Assembly: GCA_018400815.1 (NCBI GenBank)
Contig: JAGYLS010000018.1
Span: 1 to 27,265 of the forward strand
Direction: 5' to 3'
From: Candidatus Oleincola secundus
GTDB lineage: Bacteria; Atribacterota; Phoenicimicrobiia; Phoenicimicrobiales; Stramentimicrobiaceae
Length of the DNA stretch: 27,265 nt
Shown: positions 18,578 through 27,265 of the stretch, piece by piece
Position numbering within the stretch: position 1 is the first letter of the stretch
How the letters are laid out: each line of letters opens with the position of its first letter
Notes under the pieces: generated by a model
The model's input: the letters and a program-made list of their open reading frames with translations, nothing else
The model's database searches: none
What the model was told of the DNA's origin: nothing
Program-made: the position numbers and the translations under genes

Positions 18578-19786
18578 ATGAATATACAAGATATTATTAA
18601 AGAATTGTCTATTTCAACGGAATCAAAGATTGTACTACTGGTGGCAGATGGAGTTGGGGACCTCCCTTCCAAAGAAGGTAAAACAACTTTGGAATATGCC
18701 AATACTCCTAATTTGGATGAGTTGGCTGCCCGTTCAGTCTGTGGCTTAACGGATCCTATTTCCCGCGGTATTACACCTGGAAGCGGACCAGCCCATGTTT
18801 CTTTATTCGGATATGACCCTATTAAATGTCAGATTGGCCGGGGGGTTTTAGAGGCATTAGGCATTGATATAGAATTAACCAAAGATGACCTGGCTTGCCG
18901 AGGAAATTTTGCTACCATTGATAATAATGGTTTAATTACTGATCGCAGGGCAGGCAGAATATCTACCGAAACAAACCAGAAAATGTGCAGTTTATTACAG
19001 GAAAGCATTAATGAAATAGATGGTGTAAAAGTAATTATAAAACCGGGCAAAGAACACCGTTTCGTGGTGGTTTTTCGTGGCAAAGAATTAGAAGACGGAA
19101 TCTCAGATGCCGATCCCCAGCTTACCGGTAAAAAAATAAAATATGCCGAAGCACTGAGACCGGAGAGTAAAGAGAGTGTCCGGATTGTGAATCAATTTAT
19201 TGATAAAGCTTTGGAAGCACTTAAAGAACAACATCCTGCCAATGCTGTTCTCTTGAGAGGGATTGCCAAACATCCCGGGTTGCCTTCCATGAATGAGCTG
19301 TTTAAATTAAAACCCGCTGCCATTGCTACTTATCCCATGTATCGTGGATTAGCTAAATTAGTGGGGATGGATGTTGTTGATACCGGAGAAACTATAGCTG
19401 ATGAATTTGTTGCCCTGAAGGATAACTATCAGCAATATGATTTCTTTTATGTTCATATCAAAAAGACAGACAGTTATGGTGAGGATGGCAATTATGATGC
19501 AAAAGTTAAGATTATTGAGGAACTGGATGGTTGCATTCCTCAATTATTAGAGCTGAATCCTGATGTAATAGCAATAACCGGAGACCATTCAACTCCTGCA
19601 GCCCTGTCAGCACATAGCTGGCATCCTAATCCTTTTTTACTTTATTCACGCTATATTCGTGTCGATGAGGTCAAACATTTTAGTGAAAATGAATTTGTAA
19701 GAGGTGGACTGGGAAGGTTTCCTGCCATGGAAGCCATACCTTTGATGCTGGCCAATGCTCTGAAATTAAATAAATACGGTGCATAG
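18578..19786 (+). CDS. apgM: 2,3-bisphosphoglycerate-independent phosphoglycerate mutase, archaeal-type ApgM family
   Basis: DGVGD, TLE.A.TPNLD, PGSGPAH, GRG..EALG, RGNFAT, DRRAGRI, HIK.TD..GED and TGDHSTP motifs. Confidence 0.9.
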   Translation: MNIQDIIKELSISTESKIVLLVADGVGDLPSKEGKTTLEYANTPNLDELAARSVCGLTDPISRGITPGSGPAHVSLFGYDPIKCQIGRGVLEALGIDIELTKDDLACRGNFATIDNNGLITDRRAGRISTETNQKMCSLLQESINEIDGVKVIIKPGKEHRFVVVFRGKELEDGISDADPQLTGKKIKYAEALRPESKESVRIVNQFIDKALEALKEQHPANAVLLRGIAKHPGLPSMNELFKLKPAAIATYPMYRGLAKLVGMDVVDTGETIADEFVALKDNYQQYDFFYVHIKKTDSYGEDGNYDAKVKIIEELDGCIPQLLELNPDVIAITGDHSTPAALSAHSWHPNPFLLYSRYIRVDEVKHFSENEFVRGGLGRFPAMEAIPLMLANALKLNKYGA

Positions 19787-19835
19787 GTACATATAGGCAC
19801 ATTAAGAAATCAACTAATAATGAAGGAATATTTAT

Positions 19836-20564
19836 TTGACTGGATTGGATGTTGTATTATTACCGGAAGAATTGAAGAGTAAAGACATTTCAGATTGTCT
19901 GGTTGTGGTCATTGATGTATTGCGTGCCAGTAGTAGTATCACGACTGCGCTTGCATCAGGTGCGAGTGAGGTTATTCCTGTTTATTTGCCTGGAGAAGCG
20001 CGCAAGAAGTCTAAAAAATTTCGTCCTGATGAAGTATTTCTTTGCGGTGAAAGGAATGGGGAAAAACTTGCAAATTTTGATTTGGGGAATTCTCCGTTGG
20101 AATATAATAATAGCAGGGTTAAAGAGAAAATAATTCTGTTGACTACTACCAATGGTATCAGAACAATTGAACTAGTTCAAAAGGCAAAAGAAGTTATTAT
20201 TGGCTGTTTTTTAAATATTCAAACTATTGTGCAATATTGTAACTCCTATGTCGGAAAAGTATTGTTAGTATGTGCTGGTGACAGGGGAAATGTTTCACTG
20301 GAAGATACTGTCTGTGCCGGTATGATGATGTCTTTATTTGAGAACCGGTCACAGAAATATTATTTTCAATACGATGATTCCCTGATTGCATCTTACATGT
20401 ACCGGGAATTTAACAATGATTTAATTGCTATGATGCAAAAAAGCGTTTGGGGCAAGCATCTTATTAAAATGGGATTAAAGCAAGACCTGGTCTTTTGTGC
20501 CCAGGAAAATGTTTATAATCTTATTCCAATCATCAAAGGTGATTCAATTGTTGTTCATGATTAA
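19836..20564 (+). CDS. comB: 2-phosphosulfolactate phosphatase (ComB) family
   Basis: VIDVLRASSSI, CGERNG...FDLGNSP, TTTNG and CAG...SLED..CAG motifs. Confidence 0.9.
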   Translation: MTGLDVVLLPEELKSKDISDCLVVVIDVLRASSSITTALASGASEVIPVYLPGEARKKSKKFRPDEVFLCGERNGEKLANFDLGNSPLEYNNSRVKEKIILLTTTNGIRTIELVQKAKEVIIGCFLNIQTIVQYCNSYVGKVLLVCAGDRGNVSLEDTVCAGMMMSLFENRSQKYYFQYDDSLIASYMYREFNNDLIAMMQKSVWGKHLIKMGLKQDLVFCAQENVYNLIPIIKGDSIVVHD

Positions 20565-20606
20565 TTGATTAATGATTAATAAGGATTACCAGTGAGGTAA
20601 TAGCTG

Positions 20607-21104
20607 ATGAAAAAACATCTTTTTATACCTTCTAAGTTTGATTATGTAAGAGGTAATCGACCACAGGTCGACTGTATTTTGTGCGCCATAGTAGCACATG
20701 ATAAAAGGGTAGTTAATTCAGGTATTATTAGTACATCTTTAATGACTGTGGCTCTTAATCTATATCCTTATAATCCAGGTCATTTAATGATTTTCCCCAA
20801 TAGGCATATTGAAAATCTCCAAGAGCTGAACGGGGATGAAGTGTCGGAAATGCATCGATTGACGATTTTATCAATGAAATTATTAAGAAGGCTTTATTGC
20901 TGCCAGGGGTTTAACATAGGTTATAACTTGGGGGATGTCTCCGGGGCAAGCGTTAAACATTTACATCGGCATATTGTTCCCCGTTATAAGAATGAATTGG
21001 GTTTTGTGGATATTCTCAGTGGTTCTAAAATTTTTGTAGAAAACCCCAAACATGCCTTGCAAAAGCTGAAACAAGCTTTTCAGCAGGAAGAAAAGGCAGG
21101 ATAG
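20607..21104 (+). CDS. HIT family nucleotide hydrolase/phosphorylase (Ap4A-type)
   Basis: CILC, LNLYPYNPGHLM, GFNIG.N.G...GAS..HLHRHIVPR (histidine triad). Confidence 0.9.
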   Translation: MKKHLFIPSKFDYVRGNRPQVDCILCAIVAHDKRVVNSGIISTSLMTVALNLYPYNPGHLMIFPNRHIENLQELNGDEVSEMHRLTILSMKLLRRLYCCQGFNIGYNLGDVSGASVKHLHRHIVPRYKNELGFVDILSGSKIFVENPKHALQKLKQAFQQEEKAG

Positions 21105-21199
21105 AGAAGAAACTGGCGCTTTAAAAAAGTATAAATAAAAATTATTATGCATATAGAGCAATTTGTATATATTTCGTAAGATAAGAAAGGAAAATAAGA

Positions 21200-22249
21200 A
21201 TGGAATTGTTGAAAAAACTCTGTGAAACCCCGGGTATCTCGGGTTATGAAAGTCTTGTGAGAACTGTTGTTAAAGAAGAATTAGAAGGTTTGTGTGATAA
21301 AGTTGAAACAGATTGTCTTGGGAGTGTGATAGCTTTTAAAAAAGCCGTGACAAATGACCAGGAAACTAAAAAAAAGAAGATAATGCTGGCTGCACATATG
21401 GACCAGATAGGCTTTTTAGTCAAGTCTATTGATAGTAAAGGGTATATAAGGTTTGCCAGGGTGGGGGGATTTGACCCCAAAACTTTGGTTGCACAACGTG
21501 TGATTGTTCATGGTAAAAAAGATTTAGTAGGGGTTATAGGTTCCAAACCAATCCATGTTTTAGAGGAAGCGGAAAAAAAGAAGGCACCTGACTTTAAAGA
21601 CTTCTACATTGATGTAGGTTTGGCTAAAAAAGAGGTAGAAGATTTAATCCAGCCTGGTGATTTTATCACTTTTGACCGGGATTTTATCCGCATGAATGAT
21701 AAGATGGTAACTTCTCTGGCATTAGATAACCGGGTAGGGGTTTATGTTATCATAGAAGCCTTAAGAAGAGTAAAAAATAATCAGGTAGATATTTATGCAG
21801 TAGCAACTTCTCAGGAAGAAGTAGGTTTAAGAGGGGCAACTACATCATCTTATGCTATTGAGCCGGATATAGGTATTGCCCTGGATGTTACTATAGCCAT
21901 GGATACCCCTGGTATTAAGGAAGAAGAAAAAGGTTGTGAGCTAGGGAAGGGCACCGCAATTGCAGTAATGAATTCCTCTATGATTGCGCATAGAGGCTTA
22001 TGTAATTTCCTAAAAGAACTGGCTGAGAAGAATAAAATCAATTATCAGATGGATATTATGGAAAGAGGCGGTACAGATGCCGGTTCCATACAAAAAGCCC
22101 GTTGTGGGGTGATTACCGGTGGCATTTCAATTCCATCTCGTTATATTCATTCTGTAGTGGAGATGTGCCATATTGATGACATTGAGGCAACTATTCAGCT
22201 GTTGGTATGCTTTTTAGAGAATATCCATAGAGCTGATTTCTTGAAATAA
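21200..22249 (+). CDS. M42 family metallopeptidase (FrvX/TET-like aminopeptidase)
   Basis: AAHMD.IG, YIDVG, ALDNRVG, QEEVGLRGA, GGTDAG and RYIHS motifs. Confidence 0.93.
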   Translation: MELLKKLCETPGISGYESLVRTVVKEELEGLCDKVETDCLGSVIAFKKAVTNDQETKKKKIMLAAHMDQIGFLVKSIDSKGYIRFARVGGFDPKTLVAQRVIVHGKKDLVGVIGSKPIHVLEEAEKKKAPDFKDFYIDVGLAKKEVEDLIQPGDFITFDRDFIRMNDKMVTSLALDNRVGVYVIIEALRRVKNNQVDIYAVATSQEEVGLRGATTSSYAIEPDIGIALDVTIAMDTPGIKEEEKGCELGKGTAIAVMNSSMIAHRGLCNFLKELAEKNKINYQMDIMERGGTDAGSIQKARCGVITGGISIPSRYIHSVVEMCHIDDIEATIQLLVCFLENIHRADFLK

Positions 22250-22266
22250 GTAAAACGGCAAGTAAT

Positions 22267-22932
22267 TTGCAAATGAAAAATTGGGATAATGATTCAAAAC
22301 TTTTATTAATGCATCAATGTCTATCAGACTTTTTTGGTCCATTAAACTGGTGGCCGGGTGATTCAGCACTAGAGATTATGATAGGTGCTATATTAACCCA
22401 GAATACTAATTGGCAGAATGTCAGTAAGTCAATTAAAAAGATAAAAGAAAAAGAATTACTTAATGTAAAAGCTCTTTTTCAAATTGATGAGCAACAATTG
22501 AGTCAGTTGATTAAGTCCTGTGGATACTATAATATCAAAGCAAAACGACTCAAGAACTTTATCAGGTTTTTTTATCAAAAATATGATGGCTTGACAGAAA
22601 AGATGTTTAAAGAAGATTGGCAATATTTGAGAGGAGAGCTATTAAGTGTAAACGGCATTGGTCAGGAAACAGCTGATAGTATTTTGTTATATGCCGGAGG
22701 GAAACCTGTCTTTGTAGTGGATGCCTATACTAGAAGAATTTTTCAGCGACATGAACTTGTTTCTTCTGAAGATAGCTATGAACAGATTCAACAGTATTTT
22801 ATGAAAAATTTACCTGAGGATTATTGCCTATACAACGAGTTTCATGCTCAGATTGTGATGGTGGGCAAAAAATACTGTAAGCGCAATAATCCAAATTGTC
22901 CGGATTGTCCACTATCAATATTCCTTGAATAA
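22267..22932 (+). CDS. Endonuclease III-related HhH-GPD DNA glycosylase
   Basis: WWP...EIMIGAILTQNTNW, GYYN.KAKRL, GIGQETADSILLY, FVVDAYTRR and EFHA motifs; C-terminal CX6CX2C. Start could be TTG 22267 or ATG 22273. Confidence 0.9.
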   Translation: MQMKNWDNDSKLLLMHQCLSDFFGPLNWWPGDSALEIMIGAILTQNTNWQNVSKSIKKIKEKELLNVKALFQIDEQQLSQLIKSCGYYNIKAKRLKNFIRFFYQKYDGLTEKMFKEDWQYLRGELLSVNGIGQETADSILLYAGGKPVFVVDAYTRRIFQRHELVSSEDSYEQIQQYFMKNLPEDYCLYNEFHAQIVMVGKKYCKRNNPNCPDCPLSIFLE

Positions 22933-23002
22933 GGCTCTTTTTTTCTCAAGTTGCGTATTTATTATTATTTAGATAGAATGTTTATTAGCAATAGCTTTTA
23001 AA

Positions 23003-24193
23003 TTGAATGATAATTCCAATCTAAGCAAAAGAGTATACTGGTATTTATCAATGAATGAAAAAGAATTTCAGAAAGAAATACTTGATACAGAAGACCGAAG
23101 TTTATCCCCGTTCGGTACAAAAAATTCTACTGCCCGGAGAAAAGTCCCTATTTATCATCCCTTAAGAGGACCTTTTTCCAGGGATAGGGATCATATATTG
23201 TATTCAGGTTCTTTTCGTCGCTATATTGGGAAAACTCAGGTAATTTACAATGCGGCTAGTTTTGATGAACAGTTGGCAAATCGCAGTATTCATACATTAC
23301 AGGTTTCTCAAATTGCCCGTTCGATTGGAAAAGTCTTAAAACTCAACCAGGATTTAATTGAAGCCATTGCCCTGGGGCATGATTTAGGGCATGCTCCCTT
23401 CGGACATGATGGTGAAAGAATTTTACAGGATATATGCAGACAATATAATCTGGGTCTTTTTTTTCATAACATACATAGCCTAAGAGTAGTTGACCAGCTT
23501 TCCGATGCCAATAGGGGAATGGATTTAACCTTTCAGGTCAGGGATGGCATTGTTTCGCATGACGGTGAAGTAAATGAAATAGCAGTACGACCGGATTTAA
23601 GCAAGACAGAAGATGATATTCAGAATTATGTGGAAAGCAAGAAAAAAGGAGAAAAAGTGATTATTTTTCCTTCAACTTTAGAAGGTTGTTTAGTTCGAAT
23701 TACTGACTCGATTTCCTATATTGGCCAAGACTATGAAGATGCTATACGCATTGGTTTGATTAAAAAGAATGATTTGCCGGAAAAAATCAGGGAAGTATTA
23801 GGGGAAACTAATAGTGAAATAATCAATACCCTGGTCCACAATGTTATAGAGCAATCTTATGGAAAAAATGAAATAAGGTATTCAAAGAGTATTGCTGATT
23901 GTGTTTTTCAATTAAAGACATTTAACCTCCAGCATATTTACGAAAATCAAGCATTAAAGACAGAAAGAGAAAAAATTAGAAAAGCATTTTTTTGTTTGTT
24001 TGATTATTTTACAGATGATATTAAAGAAGGAAAAACTGAATCAATTGTTTTTACAGAATGGATATTTAACCGGGGAGAGAATAAAGGTAAAAAATACTTA
24101 AATGACTATTCCCCGGAAGAAGTAGTGGTAGATTATTTGGCTTCAATGACTGATCGTTATTTCTTGAATGCCTATCAATCTCTAATTAAATAA
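23003..24193 (+). CDS. dgt: Deoxyguanosinetriphosphate triphosphohydrolase-like HD-domain protein
   Basis: F.RDRD.I.YS..FRR...KTQV, R..H...V.QIARSI, HDLGHAPFGH.GE, D.ISY..QD.ED and DYLASMTD motifs. Start uncertain (TTG 23003 or ATG 23051). Confidence 0.88.
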   Translation: MNDNSNLSKRVYWYLSMNEKEFQKEILDTEDRSLSPFGTKNSTARRKVPIYHPLRGPFSRDRDHILYSGSFRRYIGKTQVIYNAASFDEQLANRSIHTLQVSQIARSIGKVLKLNQDLIEAIALGHDLGHAPFGHDGERILQDICRQYNLGLFFHNIHSLRVVDQLSDANRGMDLTFQVRDGIVSHDGEVNEIAVRPDLSKTEDDIQNYVESKKKGEKVIIFPSTLEGCLVRITDSISYIGQDYEDAIRIGLIKKNDLPEKIREVLGETNSEIINTLVHNVIEQSYGKNEIRYSKSIADCVFQLKTFNLQHIYENQALKTEREKIRKAFFCLFDYFTDDIKEGKTESIVFTEWIFNRGENKGKKYLNDYSPEEVVVDYLASMTDRYFLNAYQSLIK

Positions 24194-24321
24194 CTATAAG
24201 ATGATTTTTTTGGAACATATACCAAGAGACAGTTAAAAAATTTTTTAGATAAAATTATAGTTAGTTCGTATAATAATATTTAAAACTTTTTTATAAAATT
24301 GTCTAGTTTGTCCAGGTATTG

Positions 24322-24330
24322 TGCTATAAT
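24322..24330 (+). promoter_or_regulatory. Extended -10 promoter element upstream of the M23 gene leader
   Basis: TGcTATAAT at 24322-24330; no well-spaced -35 box seen. Confidence 0.45.
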
Positions 24331-24936
24331 TGTTGAATGATAATTTTAAATTAATTAATATAATAACAGGACAGAAAAATTTATTTAACCATTTCTACAT
24401 TCTAAGAAGATGGTAATGGTTAAATAAATGCTTTAACCATAAAAAGGTTAAGAGTAGCTAGATGACAATTTTTCACCTGAAGTACAAAGTTGGAAGTACT
24501 ATTGCTTAGAAATATTATAGCTAAAGGTTAAATAAAAAATTGAAAGAAAAAGAGCTAAAAAGTAGCAAATAACTAAACCTCTTTGAAGGTTCTTAAATCC
24601 ACCCGCTATGCGGGTGCGATATTTATTGAGGAGTCAGTCTATTGTCCATAAAAAGATACAGCACTTTTCATAGTCATCGTAATTATAAAAAGAAGAATAC
24701 CCTGGAATCAAAAAAGAACTATTCTTCAGTTAAGATTAAAAAGATACTATTTGGGTTTTGGCTATGCTGCTTGTATTGGTAGGAATTAATCTATTTTTAA
24801 ACATACCTTTTATGTCATTAGGTTTGGAAGAGAAGAAAGAAAAGTTCAATCCCAGGTTATAGAAATAGAACCAAAGAAAAGCACAGAAACTTTAACAGGA
24901 GTATCAGCCTTTGCGGAAAATAAGGATGAGAGCCAG

Positions 24937-26193
24937 GTGCAATTGTTCTCTCAAAAACAATCTGATACTGATTATCCTGAGAAGAATTCTATACAGGGAT
25001 TACAGGATATTAAAGACGAACTTGACCAAATTGCCCTGCGCAATGAACGACTCAGTGAAGAAGAATTAAGTCTCAGGTACCAGCAAACCCAGCTGGAGAA
25101 AAAAGAGGATATAAATAGAGTCTCCGGAGATTTAAATGCCGGAGAAACCCTTTATCAGCATCTGGTGAAATATGGTATTTCTCCCACTGAGATTTTGCGA
25201 TTACAGGAAAAAGTGCATTCTGTAGTCGATATTAGTTGCCTGAATGCCGGTACCAAATTTGCAGTTCATTATAAAGATGAAGGGAACATTGTTCAGTTCG
25301 ATTACCAGCCAAACCAGCTGGATGTATACCATATAAAGATTCCTCAAACTGAAATAGATAATATTGAAGTCAGCAAGGATAAAATTTTCAGGGAAATTGT
25401 CTGTTTTGAGGGAAAAATTGACACTTCTTTGTATGAATCCATGGTTGAACATAGCAACTCAGGCCAGCTGGCGGTTAAACTAGCTGAAATATTTGCTTGG
25501 GATATTGATTTTCTAACTGAATGTCAACCCGGAGATACTTTTAAAATTTTAGTGGAAAAGATGTACCGGGGAGATTTTTATCGTTGGGGAGATATTCTGG
25601 CTGCCGTATATGAAGGGGAAATGCTTAGCACCCATACGGCAATAATGTTTGAAGATCTCAACGGAAATAATAATTATTATGATTCAGAAGGTAGATGTCT
25701 TAAAAAAGCTTTTTTAAGAGCACCGCTGGATTATAAATATATCAGTTCCCACTATACTCAAAGCAGGTTTCATCCTATTTTGAGAATTTGGCGTCCGCAT
25801 TTGGCTATTGATTATGCCGCCCCAACCGGGACGGCAGTTGTATCAATAGGGTCGGGAACAGTTAAATCCAGATATTACGATCAGGGCGGTTACGGTAATT
25901 ATGTGGAAATAAGACATCCCAATGGCTATGTTACCGGTTACGGTCATCTTTCAAAATTTGCCCAGGGACTGCATGTAGGGCAGAGAGTTGAACAGGGAGA
26001 AATTATCGGATATGTTGGTGCTACAGGCTTGGCCACAGGTCCCCATTTGGATTTTGCTATCAGCAAGAATGGACAAAGGTTTAACTTTCTGGATTTGGAA
26101 TTGCCGCCAGCCAGTTCAGTAAGCTCGGATTACCGTGATGATTTTGACATGGTAAAGAAAAATTATCTATCAATTTTGAATGAAAACAGTTAA
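24937..26193 (+). CDS. M23 peptidoglycan DD-endopeptidase, MepM/Csd3-like; true 5' end probably at 24642 (see findings)
   Basis: IFAWDIDF...QPGD.F, FLRAPL, R.HPIL...RPHLAIDYAAP.GT (HxxxD), GYGN.V.I.H and GPHLDF (HxH varied to HLD) motifs. Confidence 0.9.
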   Translation: MQLFSQKQSDTDYPEKNSIQGLQDIKDELDQIALRNERLSEEELSLRYQQTQLEKKEDINRVSGDLNAGETLYQHLVKYGISPTEILRLQEKVHSVVDISCLNAGTKFAVHYKDEGNIVQFDYQPNQLDVYHIKIPQTEIDNIEVSKDKIFREIVCFEGKIDTSLYESMVEHSNSGQLAVKLAEIFAWDIDFLTECQPGDTFKILVEKMYRGDFYRWGDILAAVYEGEMLSTHTAIMFEDLNGNNNYYDSEGRCLKKAFLRAPLDYKYISSHYTQSRFHPILRIWRPHLAIDYAAPTGTAVVSIGSGTVKSRYYDQGGYGNYVEIRHPNGYVTGYGHLSKFAQGLHVGQRVEQGEIIGYVGATGLATGPHLDFAISKNGQRFNFLDLELPPASSVSSDYRDDFDMVKKNYLSILNENS

Positions 26194-26210
26194 AATATTA
26201 ATAGTCCAAA

Positions 26211-26252
26211 GGGGACGGTTCTCTGTTTGGGGCTAAACAGAGAACCGTCCCC
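26211..26252. repeat. GC-rich perfect 18-bp inverted repeat (REP-like palindrome)
   Basis: GGGGACGGTTCTCTGTTT 26211-26228 / AAACAGAGAACCGTCCCC 26235-26252; no U-tract on the + strand. Confidence 0.8.
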
Positions 26253-26298
26253 ATCAAATCCATTAAATTAATTAATCCCTAAATTAAAAGGAGGGAAG

Positions 26299-27225
26299 AT
26301 GGTTATGAAATTTAATAAGGTGATATATTATACATTGATTTTAGTATTTTTATTGATTGTTTCCCAGGCTTTTATTCTTAGCGGTGTTGCCCAGGAAGTG
26401 GAAATTTTCAGTCAAACAGAACCCGAAGCTATAGAATTGCTGGAGAAGGCAGTAGATAAGATGGAAGAAGCACTGGATACTTATCAGGGTGCCCATTATC
26501 CTGGTAGAGCACTATGGGCAGAGGCAATTGATTATGCACAACAGGCATTGGAAATTGATCCTGATTTTATTGAAGGTAATTATTATTTGGCATTGATGTA
26601 CCAGTATACTAACTGGTATTACCGGGAAGCGGAACAATGGAAGAAATATCTGGAACTAATAGAAAGAACAGATTTAACTTCTCCCCAGGTCAAACAGAAT
26701 TTAGCCCATGCCTACTATAGATTGGGCTATAATTACTACGAGAATGATGACTATGAACAAGGTCTCATCTATTTTCTGAACTCGATTAAAGAATATCCTG
26801 ATATGATTGATTCTAACTATTGGGCTGCCCGGGTGTTCTATGAAACCGGTGACCTGGAAAATTCATTATTCTATTGGGAAAGGGTTCTTAAGTTAGATCC
26901 TGACTATCCCAGGGCACAGTATTTCTATGATAAAGTACAGGCCTCTATCCGGTATGGTAAGGAAGCATACAATTGGTATGAGCAAGGCTATAATTACTAT
27001 GAAGGCAGGAGTTTTGATCATGCAATTGATGCTTACCGGGAGGCAATTCGTTTGAATCCAAGCTTTGTCGATGCTTATTACTGGTTGGGGAGAGTCTATT
27101 TTGAAACTAGAGATTATAAACAGGCAATTCAGAATTATCGAAAGGTCCTGGAACTAGATCCGGATAATAGCAAGGCTGATTACTGGTTAAAAGAATCACA
27201 AAGACAGCTGGAAGCTAATCAATAA
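26299..27225 (+). CDS. Exported tetratricopeptide repeat protein
   Basis: Signal peptide and several canonical TPRs (QQALEIDPDF..GNYYLA, ERVLKLDPDY, REAIRLNPSF..AYYWLG, RKVLELDPDN); SD AGGAGG. Confidence 0.9.
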   Translation: MVMKFNKVIYYTLILVFLLIVSQAFILSGVAQEVEIFSQTEPEAIELLEKAVDKMEEALDTYQGAHYPGRALWAEAIDYAQQALEIDPDFIEGNYYLALMYQYTNWYYREAEQWKKYLELIERTDLTSPQVKQNLAHAYYRLGYNYYENDDYEQGLIYFLNSIKEYPDMIDSNYWAARVFYETGDLENSLFYWERVLKLDPDYPRAQYFYDKVQASIRYGKEAYNWYEQGYNYYEGRSFDHAIDAYREAIRLNPSFVDAYYWLGRVYFETRDYKQAIQNYRKVLELDPDNSKADYWLKESQRQLEANQ

Positions 27226-27265
27226 AATTTTTTTGGAGATATTGCTTTTTTAAATATTTATGTTA

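Noticed and set aside
19836..20564. Coenzyme M biosynthesis
   Set aside because: comB alone is widespread in bacteria, and no other com genes are in the window.
23003..24193. dGTPase as an anti-phage nucleotide-depletion system
   Set aside because: It is a short housekeeping-type Dgt at the end of a core operon, with no defence-island or mobile context.
24560..24640. c-di-AMP (ydaO) or c-di-GMP riboswitch before the M23 gene
   Set aside because: Only fragmentary resemblance (TTAAATCC...GAGGA); the conserved downstream GGGG/CCCG and GCTAAC elements and the GEMM GCAAA/GNRA pattern are not found.
1609..25452. Short antisense or overlapping ORFs in the track (e.g. 5229-5726, 5995-6327, 9449-9934, 11887-12183, 18400-18702)
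   Set aside because: They are shadows of well-supported genes with no motifs or SD sites.

Overview
AT-rich bacterial DNA (roughly one-third GC by eye), probably from an anaerobe. Taxonomy cannot be fixed from the sequence; strong SD sites and a T-box leader fit Firmicutes-like lineages or groups such as Atribacterota. About 23 genes are present, mostly metabolic or housekeeping, with no transposase, CRISPR array, rRNA or tRNA. The standout is a complete isoleucine-specifier (AUC) T-box riboswitch with its own sigma70-type promoter. It precedes an apparent operon of a TRAP carboxylate transporter (dctPQM) plus a canonical ilvD, suggesting a tRNA-Ile-sensing import-and-salvage module for branched-chain amino-acid precursors. 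Also notable: an archaeal-GAPOR-like tungsten/molybdenum oxidoreductase, with an archaeal-type ApgM mutase in the same window; a BASS-family symporter carrying a 1-nt frameshift whose restored stop overlaps the queH start; an M23 peptidase with a hidden, doubly frameshifted N-terminal membrane anchor behind a structured ~300-nt leader; and several palindromic elements. The rest is a yjbQ-recD2-apgM-comB-HIT-M42-HhH glycosylase-dGTPase run plus single genes (CGGC, flavodoxin-ferredoxin, nitroreductase, patatin, DUF72, flippase-like, TPR proteins). All family calls come from motif recognition, not database searches.
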